From an uncultured Thermoanaerobaculia bacterium (GTDB lineage Bacteria; Acidobacteriota; Thermoanaerobaculia; Multivoradales; DATKCC01), in the NCBI GenBank assembly GCA_964560325.1, contig CAZLLV010000407.1:1-40669 (forward strand): DNA of 40,669 bases, given 5' to 3'. The notes below the pieces were generated by a model. That model was not told the DNA's origin, made no database searches, and was given only the letters and a program-made list of their open reading frames with translations. Each line of letters begins with the position of its first letter. Positions within the stretch are counted from its first letter, which is position 1. Below, one piece after another: positions 34,210-40,669 of the stretch. The position numbers and the translations under genes were made by a program.

Positions 34210-34923
34210 CTACTCGTTCGCCAGGAAGTACTCGACCGTCGTCACCACCCGCACCCGCTTGTGCTCGGGCGAAAAGGGGTCGCGGTCCTCGATCGAGAAG
34301 TAGCCCTGCTGTGCCTTGCGGATCGCACCGACGCGGCTGCCGGAGTCGTCCGCGAACTGCTGGGCCGCGCGGCGGGCGTCGCGCGTGGCCTCGGCGATCA
34401 TCTCCGGCTTGACCGCCTCGAGGCCGGTGAACAGGTACTGCGTCGTGTACTCGTAGCTGCGGATCAGGGTCACGCCCTGGCGCACGAGATCGCCGGAGCG
34501 CTCGATGGCGGCCCGCGCGGCGTCGATCTTCGGCGTCCGCAGCGTCAGGGTCGTCTCGACCTGGTACCGGTCGACCGGCTGGTTGGCGTAGCCCTGGCCC
34601 TCGCGGTCGGTCACCCGCGGCGCCGAGAGCGACATCTCGGAGCCGTCGAAGCCGAGCCGGGTCAGGAACGCACGGATCGTCTCCGCGTCCTCCTCGACCC
34701 GACCCTGGAGCGCGGCCAGGTCGTTTCCGGTCACCGAGTAGACGATCGGCCAGAGCACGAGGTCGGCCGGTACCTCCCGCTCGGAGAGACCCTTGACGGT
34801 GACGTAGCGCTCGGCGGCGCGGGTGCGGTAGAGGGCGTTGCCGACCAGGGCGCCGAGGGCGGTGAGGCCGACGGCGAGGCAGAGCCCGAGAACGGTGGCG
34901 GCGAGGACGAGGCGGCGTTCCAA
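34210..34923 (-). CDS. SIMPL-domain (DUF541) periplasmic or membrane-anchored protein
   Basis: N-terminal anchor LVLAATVLGLCLAVGLTALGALVG, then the typical SIMPL pattern (RYVTVKGLSEREVPADL...TTLTLRT...EATRDARRAAQQFADDSGSRVG...RVVTTVEYFL). Apparent TTG start. Confidence 0.8.
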   Translation of the reverse strand: MERRLVLAATVLGLCLAVGLTALGALVGNALYRTRAAERYVTVKGLSEREVPADLVLWPIVYSVTGNDLAALQGRVEEDAETIRAFLTRLGFDGSEMSLSAPRVTDREGQGYANQPVDRYQVETTLTLRTPKIDAARAAIERSGDLVRQGVTLIRSYEYTTQYLFTGLEAVKPEMIAEATRDARRAAQQFADDSGSRVGAIRKAQQGYFSIEDRDPFSPEHKRVRVVTTVEYFLANE

Positions 34924-34930
34924 GGCAAGC

Positions 34931-35188
34931 TCAGCGGGGTACGGGCGGCACCGGCGGAACCGCCGGCTGCTCGCGCTTGCGGACGTAGGCGAGGAAGGCC
35001 GCGAGCCCGCCGGCGACCGCGATCGCGCTGAGCACCCGGATCAGGCTGATGACCCACGCGATCCCGATCCCGAGCGCCGCCCACTGCACCCACCACTCCC
35101 CGGGCGAGGTCATCCAGTTGATGACGAAGAGCATGAGCAGGACCAGCGGACCGACGAACAGGAACTTGACGGCTTTGAGCGTCTTCAT
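34931..35188 (-). CDS. Small two-TM membrane protein (2TM-like)
   Basis: GAAGGAGGAG RBS. MKTLKAVKFLFVGPLVLLMLFVINWMTSPGEWWVQWAALGIGIAWVISLIRVL... Confidence 0.7.
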   Translation of the reverse strand: MKTLKAVKFLFVGPLVLLMLFVINWMTSPGEWWVQWAALGIGIAWVISLIRVLSAIAVAGGLAAFLAYVRKREQPAVPPVPPVPR

Positions 35189-35290
35189 GGCATCTCCTCC
35201 TTCGGATGCTTCCGACTACGAGAGCTGGGACCGACGGGTTGCAGTGAGTCTACCCGAGCGGCGCCGAGAGCATCCTGCCGCCCCCTCCGT

Positions 35291-36994
35291 CTATTGCGGC
35301 CGCCTTCGAGGTCCGCGGCTGCCGCGCTGCTTCCAGATGTCGGAGTAGAGGATGTTCCCGACCAGCAGGAATCCGCACGCCGCCGCGGCGAGGAAGAGGA
35401 GCATCGCGATCCCCGGGTAACCGAAGAGCGTGAACGAGGTCTCGACCCCCATCAGCAGTGCCGCTCCGACGATCAGGGCCCCCAGCACCATGGCGAGCGC
35501 GATCCGGTTGGCGATCTTCTGCAGGTGGTCCATCAGCAGGCGCTCGTCGATCACCTGCAGCCGCAGCTCCAGCTCGTTGTGCAGCACCGACTCGAACAGC
35601 CGGTTCAGCCGCGCCGGAAGCTGCTGCACGAACTCGTTCAGGTCGAGAAGCGCCGAGAACATGTTGCCGGGCGACAGGCTCTTGAGCATGTGCCGCCGCA
35701 TCAGCGAGTCGGCGTGCGACCGGATCGCCGAGGTCGGGTCGAGATCGGGATCGAGCGCCCGGCTCACCTCGTCCAGATGGAGCAGCGTCTTGCCCAGCAT
35801 GGTCAGCTCCGACGGCGGCCGGATCCCCGACTCGGCCGTCCGCCGCGCGAGCTCGAGGATCACCCGCCCCAGGTTGAGCTCGGCGAGCGACGCGTCGTGG
35901 AACGTGTGCACCAGGTCCGCGATCTCGCGCGTGAACCGCCGCTCGTCGAAGTCGTCCAGGCGCTTGCCGATCTGGATCGTGATCTGCGCCACTTCGTTCC
36001 CCTTGCCGTCGGCGAGCGCCAGCACCAGCTTCAAGAGGTGCTCCTGCATGCGCTCGTCGACACGCCCGACCATCCCCAGGTCGACGACGCCGATCCGGTG
36101 GTCCGGGGTCACCAGGATGTTTCCCGGATGCGGATCGGCGTGGAAGAAGCCCTCGATCAGGATTCCGTCGAGGTAGGCGCGGGCGAGCTCCTCGGCGAGC
36201 CCCGCGCCGTCGAGCTCGGTGCGGAGGATCGCGGGCAGCTCGGTGACCTTGGTCCCCGGGACGTACTCCATCGTCAGGACCCGCGAGGTCGAGTAGTCGG
36301 GGATCGGCTCGGGCACCACGATCCGCCGGTAGGCGCGCAGGCTGTGCTTCAGGTGCGAGAGGTTCTGCGCCTCCATGCGGTAGTCGAGCTCGCGCAGCAA
36401 CGAGCGCCGGAACTCGTCCATCATGTCGCTGAAGGCGAGCCGGCGGCCGATCTCCGTGTGGTGGTCGAGGAACTCGGCGATCTCGCCGAAGGCGGCCAGG
36501 TCCTCGAGCACCGTCTCGCGCACGTCCGGCCGCTGCACCTTGACCGCCACCTCCCGCCCGTCGCGCAGCCGCGCCCGGTGGACCTGCGCGAGCGAAGCGG
36601 CGGCGCGCGGCACGGCGTCGAACTCGGAGAACGCCTTCGAGATGCGCACCCCCAGCTCCGCCTGCACCACCTTCTCCACCTCCTCGAACGGGAAGGGCTC
36701 GACCCGGTCCTGGAGCCGCGCCAGCGCCTCCAGGTAGGGCACCGGCAACAGATCCGAGCGCGAAGAGAGGATCTGGCCCAGCTTGACGAAGGTCGGCCCG
36801 AGCGCTTCGAGGTCGGCCGCGAGGGCTTCCGGGGCGCCGTCGGGCCCGGTCGGCTCGACCGGCTCCGAGTCGTCCTCGAACAGTCCCCGGTCGGCTTCGA
36901 CCGCGCGCGCCACGTCGCCGCGGCCGTACTTGAGCAGCAGCCGTGCGACATCCTTGTAGCGCCGGAGATGCTCCGGCTTCATCGAGAGCGTCAT
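35291..36994 (-). CDS. ubiB: ABC1/UbiB-family atypical kinase with C-terminal TM helices
   Basis: Start at ATG 36994, preceded by AAAGGGGGA. LGPTFVKLGQILSSRSDLLPVPY, AAASLAQVHRARL.DGREVAVKVQRP, FFHADPHPGNILV, VVDLGMVG. The 1745-aa track ORF is an upstream over-extension. Confidence 0.9.
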   Translation of the reverse strand: MTLSMKPEHLRRYKDVARLLLKYGRGDVARAVEADRGLFEDDSEPVEPTGPDGAPEALAADLEALGPTFVKLGQILSSRSDLLPVPYLEALARLQDRVEPFPFEEVEKVVQAELGVRISKAFSEFDAVPRAAASLAQVHRARLRDGREVAVKVQRPDVRETVLEDLAAFGEIAEFLDHHTEIGRRLAFSDMMDEFRRSLLRELDYRMEAQNLSHLKHSLRAYRRIVVPEPIPDYSTSRVLTMEYVPGTKVTELPAILRTELDGAGLAEELARAYLDGILIEGFFHADPHPGNILVTPDHRIGVVDLGMVGRVDERMQEHLLKLVLALADGKGNEVAQITIQIGKRLDDFDERRFTREIADLVHTFHDASLAELNLGRVILELARRTAESGIRPPSELTMLGKTLLHLDEVSRALDPDLDPTSAIRSHADSLMRRHMLKSLSPGNMFSALLDLNEFVQQLPARLNRLFESVLHNELELRLQVIDERLLMDHLQKIANRIALAMVLGALIVGAALLMGVETSFTLFGYPGIAMLLFLAAAACGFLLVGNILYSDIWKQRGSRGPRRRPQ

Positions 36995-37076
36995 GGAATC
37001 GTGTCCCCCTTTATTGGATCGCCGGATCGATGCTCGCGATCCGCTCCGTCCACATTCCATTTCAAGATCGACGCCA

Positions 37077-37106
37077 GCCCGCTCCCGGTGCGGGGCGGGA
37101 GCGGGC
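37077..37106. promoter_or_regulatory. 11-bp perfect-stem hairpin in the divergent ubiB / decarboxylase intergenic region
   Basis: GCCCGCTCCCG (37077-37087), 8-nt loop, CGGGAGCGGGC (37096-37106). A second stem CGAGAT/ATCTCG follows about 20 nt downstream. Confidence 0.3.
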
Positions 37107-37180
37107 GCCGGTGCAGTCTGTGCATCGAGATCGAATCGTGAAATCTCGGAGCTGAAACATTCGAAAGAAGGAGCCATTCC

Positions 37181-38878
37181 ATGGAGACCTGGTCCCGCGA
37201 TCTCGACCTCCGGTCGCTCGCCGACCGCTTCGGTACGCCGCTCTACGTCCACCACCAGCCCTCGCTGGTCCGAAACCTGCGCCGGTGGAGCGAGCTGGTC
37301 GGCGCGCCGGGCAACGTCCTCTACCCGGTCAAGGCGAACCCGTCGCCGACCGTCCTGCGGACCGTCGCGAGCCTCGGCAGTGGCGCCGACTGCGCTTCGG
37401 GGATCGAGGTGAGCCTGGCGCTCGAGGCGGGCGTCCCGCTCGACCGGATCAGCTACAACTCGCCCGCGCCGGAGCCGGCCCTCGCCCGCTGGCTGCTGCG
37501 GGCCGGCGGCACGGTGGTCGCCGACTCGGCCGAGATGCTCGACGCGCTCTCGAGCGAGCCCGCGCCCGGCGAGGTGACCGGCCGCCTCTTCGTGCGCGTG
37601 AACCCGGGCGGGCTCCCCGGCTACAAGATCCCCTCCGAGGTCCAGAAGTACACCGCGCACGGCGCCGCCACCAGCCAGTTCGGGATTCCGTCCGAGGAGG
37701 TGGCGGAGAGGATCGCCGGCCATCCGCTGCCGGTGACCGGCCTCCACGTCCACGTCGGCACCCAGATGGACAACCTCGACACCTTCGTCCAGGGGGTGCG
37801 CTTCCTCCACCGGTTGAAGGATCTCCTGGAGGCCGAGACCCGGCACCGGATCGACACCCTCAACCTGGGCGGCGGCCTCGGCATCCCGTTCGGCGACGAC
37901 CAGGAGTTCCCGACGATCGAGGAGCTGGTGGCGGCGCTCCGGCCCGAGCTCTCCCCCGCGCTGCGTTACGAGGTCGAGCCGGGCAACGCCCTGGTCGGCG
38001 ACACCTTCGCCCTGCTCACCCGCGTGGTCGCCACCAAGGAGGCGCGTGGCAAGCGCTGGGCGATCGCCGACGTCGGCACCGACCAGCTCGTCAAGCACAC
38101 GGTGGCGCGCTGGGAGCACCAGATCCTCGGCCCCGACGGTCGCCCGCTGCCGACCGAGGGGCCGGACGGGCTCGCCGGCCCCCTCTGCTTCGCCGGCGAC
38201 GTGCTGCTGCCGGAGACCGACCTCGGTGGCGTCGAGACCGGCGAGCTGCTGCTCGTCCAGCACACCGGCGCCTACTGCGAGGCGGTGTCGAGCCGCTTCA
38301 ACGGGCGCCGGTCGCCGGCGCACGCGGTGATCGGACCGGACGGCGAGGCGCGGCCGGCACGCCGCCGGGAGGACGTGTTCTACGACCCGGGCCACCAGAC
38401 CTGGCTGCCGGAGAGCCGGCTGTCGGCCGAGGGCGACCCCGAGCCGATCGAGCCGCGGCGTGTCGCCGCCCTCCAGAGCCGCTACATGGCCGAGCACGCG
38501 GCGCAGGACGCCTACGAGATATTGGAGGTCCGGCGCACCGGTCCCGGCGCCTACTCGATGCGGTTCAGCGTCACCGGCGCGGTCGACTTCGTCGCCATGC
38601 CGCTCGCCGTCCGCCTGGTCGGCGACGCGACCATCGTCGCCGCCGGCCTGGAGATGGGCTGGGAATCGAAGCGGGCGCCGGTCTGGGCGACGCGGCTCTC
38701 GATGTGCTGCGGCGGCGTGCTGCCGATGGGCGAGGTCGAGTGCCGGATCGTCCTCACCGCGCTCGCACCCAGCCCCAGGATCGGGGTCCGCGCCACGGCG
38801 ACCGCGTACTACCGGCTGGGCGAGGGCGAGGTGAGTGGCACCGCGGCGGTGGTGATCCCGGAGGAAGCGGTCGCCTGA
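37181..38878 (+). CDS. PLP-dependent Orn/DAP/Arg-type (fold III) decarboxylase fused to a ~145-aa C-terminal extra domain
   Basis: GAAGGAG RBS. LYPVKANP (PLP Lys51, nt 37331-37333), HVHVGTQ, LGGGLGIPF, EVEPGNALVG, GPLCFAGDVL, TGAYC. After about residue 420 (nt 38438-38875) comes an additional domain with a hotdog-like pattern of strands. Confidence 0.85.
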   Translation: METWSRDLDLRSLADRFGTPLYVHHQPSLVRNLRRWSELVGAPGNVLYPVKANPSPTVLRTVASLGSGADCASGIEVSLALEAGVPLDRISYNSPAPEPALARWLLRAGGTVVADSAEMLDALSSEPAPGEVTGRLFVRVNPGGLPGYKIPSEVQKYTAHGAATSQFGIPSEEVAERIAGHPLPVTGLHVHVGTQMDNLDTFVQGVRFLHRLKDLLEAETRHRIDTLNLGGGLGIPFGDDQEFPTIEELVAALRPELSPALRYEVEPGNALVGDTFALLTRVVATKEARGKRWAIADVGTDQLVKHTVARWEHQILGPDGRPLPTEGPDGLAGPLCFAGDVLLPETDLGGVETGELLLVQHTGAYCEAVSSRFNGRRSPAHAVIGPDGEARPARRREDVFYDPGHQTWLPESRLSAEGDPEPIEPRRVAALQSRYMAEHAAQDAYEILEVRRTGPGAYSMRFSVTGAVDFVAMPLAVRLVGDATIVAAGLEMGWESKRAPVWATRLSMCCGGVLPMGEVECRIVLTALAPSPRIGVRATATAYYRLGEGEVSGTAAVVIPEEAVA

Positions 38879-38956
38879 CCGCCGGTCATTCGGCGGCTCC
38901 GCGACCCCTAAGTCGCGGCGGTCACGGGGGAAACGCGTGCTATCCTCCGCCGAAGA

Positions 38957-40669
38957 ATGACTCGCAGAGACCCGTCCGGCGGACGGGAGTCGGCGCTCGT
39001 CGAGCAGGCCGCCCGGATTGCCGGACTGAGCAATTTCGAGACGCCCAGCCTCGAAGCGGTGGAGCGGCGCAGGATCCAGCTCTGGATCGTGGCGTCCCTC
39101 CTCCTGCTGTCGGTCGGGGGCGGCCTCGCGCTCGCCGCGGGCGGCGGCATCGAGACCCTGCCGCCCTGGCTCTCCCCGCGGGTGGTCCAGTACGGGATCG
39201 TCGCCCTGGTCGTCCTCTTCTGCGCCTACTCCTTCGAGAAGGAGCTGTCGCTGCGCCGCCTCGCCCACCTGCTGGTCGAGGAGCGGGTGCTGACCGCCGC
39301 CCTGACCAACCGCCTGCGGGAGATCGGGTCGCTGCTCGCGGCCGGCAAGGCGATCAACCTCGGGCTCGACCTCGACCAGGTGCTCTCGACCATCGCGCAC
39401 TCGGCCCTCGACCTGCTCGACGGCAGCGACGCGTCGATCATGCTCACCTCGGGCGGCCGCGAGCTGCGCACGGTGGTCACCGCCGGCCGCAGCGCCGCCG
39501 ACGGTGCGCGCGTGGCGTTCGGCGAAGGGATCGCGGGCCGTGTGGCGGCGAGCCAGGAGCCGCTCCTGATCTCGGGCCGCATCCACCACGTCGAGCCCAA
39601 GGAGCGGCGCCACGACCGCCCGCCGGCGCCGACCAGCGCCATGTCGGTGCCGCTCCTCCACCGCGGCTCGCTCCTGGGCGTGCTGAACGTCAACGCCGGG
39701 CCGGACCGCCACTACACCGAGCACGACCTGCGGGCGCTGTCGCTCTTCGGCGAGCAGGCGGCGTCCGCCATCGCCAACGCCCAGCTCTACCAGGCGCAGC
39801 GGCTGATGGCGTCGCAGAAGCTCTTCCAGGCGCTCCACGACGGCCTGACCCGGCTGCCCAACCGCGCCCTCTTCCTGGAACGGGTGCAGCGGGCGCTCGC
39901 CCGGCAGCGGCGCGAAGACCAGCGCGTCGCGCTCCTGCTCCTCGACCTCGGCGACTTCAAGCGCATCAACGACAGCCTCGGCCACGCCGCGGGCGACGAG
40001 GTGCTGATCGCCTTCGCCGAGCGGGTCAGGAGCTCGGTGCGCACCGGCGACACGGTGGCGCGGATCGGCGGCGACGAGTTCGCCGTGCTGGTGGAGGACG
40101 TGCGGACGGTCGAGGAGACCCTCCAGGCGGCCGAACGCCTCCAGGGCCTGCTCGCCAGCCCGTTCGTGGTCGGCAACCGGGAGGTGCGGCTCTCCGGCTC
40201 GGTCGGGATCGCGATCGAGGAGCCGGGCGCCGCCACCAGTCACGAGGATCTGCTGCGCAACGCCGACACCGCCCTCCACGCCGCGCAGGAGAAGGGCATG
40301 GGCCAGGTCGTGGTGTTCGAGCGCGCCATGCACACGCGGGCGTTGCGCCGCCTCCACCTGGAGGCCGAGCTGCGGCGCGCGCTCGCCGACGACGAGCTCG
40401 AGGTCCACTTCCAGCCGATCTGCGACCTGGCGACCGGCCGCACCGTCGGCACCGAGGCGCTGGTGCGCTGGCGTCACCCGGAGCGCGGCCTGCTGCCCGC
40501 CTCCGCGTTCGTGCCGTTCGCCGAGCACGCCGGCATCCTGGCCGAGATCGACGCCTGGGTGCTCGAGGAGTCGTGCCGGGTGGCACGGCGGCTGCTGGTC
40601 GCGCCCCGGGTCGAAAGCCCGCTTCGGATGAACGTCAACCTCTCCCCCAGCCGCCTGCGCGACGAGACC
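38957..40669 (+). CDS. Membrane-anchored GAF / GGDEF / EAL cyclic-di-GMP signalling protein (3' end runs off the right edge)
   Basis: Absent from the ORF track because there is no stop in the window. From ATG 38957: two TM helices (IQLWIVASLLLLSVGGGLALAA, VVQYGIVALVVLFCAY) and a GAF-like region (GEGIAGRVAASQEPLLI...SVPLLHRGSLLGVLNV). A GGDEF domain follows (LTRLPNRALF, RIGGDEFAVL), then the start of the EAL domain (FQPICDL.TGR.VGTEALVRW). The frame is open to base 40669. Confidence 0.9.
   Translation, partial: MTRRDPSGGRESALVEQAARIAGLSNFETPSLEAVERRRIQLWIVASLLLLSVGGGLALAAGGGIETLPPWLSPRVVQYGIVALVVLFCAYSFEKELSLRRLAHLLVEERVLTAALTNRLREIGSLLAAGKAINLGLDLDQVLSTIAHSALDLLDGSDASIMLTSGGRELRTVVTAGRSAADGARVAFGEGIAGRVAASQEPLLISGRIHHVEPKERRHDRPPAPTSAMSVPLLHRGSLLGVLNVNAGPDRHYTEHDLRALSLFGEQAASAIANAQLYQAQRLMASQKLFQALHDGLTRLPNRALFLERVQRALARQRREDQRVALLLLDLGDFKRINDSLGHAAGDEVLIAFAERVRSSVRTGDTVARIGGDEFAVLVEDVRTVEETLQAAERLQGLLASPFVVGNREVRLSGSVGIAIEEPGAATSHEDLLRNADTALHAAQEKGMGQVVVFERAMHTRALRRLHLEAELRRALADDELEVHFQPICDLATGRTVGTEALVRWRHPERGLLPASAFVPFAEHAGILAEIDAWVLEESCRVARRLLVAPRVESPLRMNVNLSPSRLRDET

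Noticed and set aside
34838-37141. 767-aa plus-strand ORF
   Set aside because: It is antisense to the SIMPL, 2TM and ubiB genes. The composition is low complexity.
36995-40528. Upstream ~1180 codons of the 1745-aa minus-strand ORF 35291..40528
   Set aside because: The translation is Ala/Arg/Gly/Pro/Leu-rich with no recognisable domains. It is antisense to two well-supported plus-strand genes (decarboxylase fusion, GAF-GGDEF-EAL). The recognisable UbiB protein begins at ATG 36994 with its own RBS. This is a typical open antisense frame in very GC-rich DNA.

Overview
By eye this is a very GC-rich (about 70%) bacterial chromosomal segment. Lipoprotein and outer-membrane-type signals suggest a diderm organism; I cannot assign a taxon from sequence alone. 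I support about 36 protein-coding genes and see no rRNA, tRNA or CRISPR array.

Housekeeping genes: ada (partial), a SUOX-type sulfite oxidase, qor, a long acyl-CoA dehydrogenase, asnS, rnc, mutL, ltaE, ribD-ribE, ftsY, ubiB, and a partial GAF-GGDEF-EAL protein.

Accessory modules between them:
- A vapBC pair next to a TIR / NB-ARC / TPR STAND NTPase, which is an NLR-like candidate immune sensor.
- Two secreted metzincin proteases that share an unnamed C-terminal module.
- A 1314-aa protein whose patatin catalytic motifs are separated by about 690 residues of multi-pass membrane domain. It is co-oriented with an MBL-fold lipoprotein and converges on a lysophospholipase-like hydrolase.
- An XRE / DUF433 / DUF5615 triad.
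- An uncharacterised gene translationally coupled to ribE.
- A small signal-peptide protein with a Cys-rich tail.
- A PLP decarboxylase carrying an extra C-terminal domain.

A REP-like GC-hairpin element occurs three times at gene 3' ends. Many very long ORFs in the supplied track are antisense or off-frame artefacts of the high GC content and were rejected. All functional calls rest on motifs read by eye; no database search was possible.
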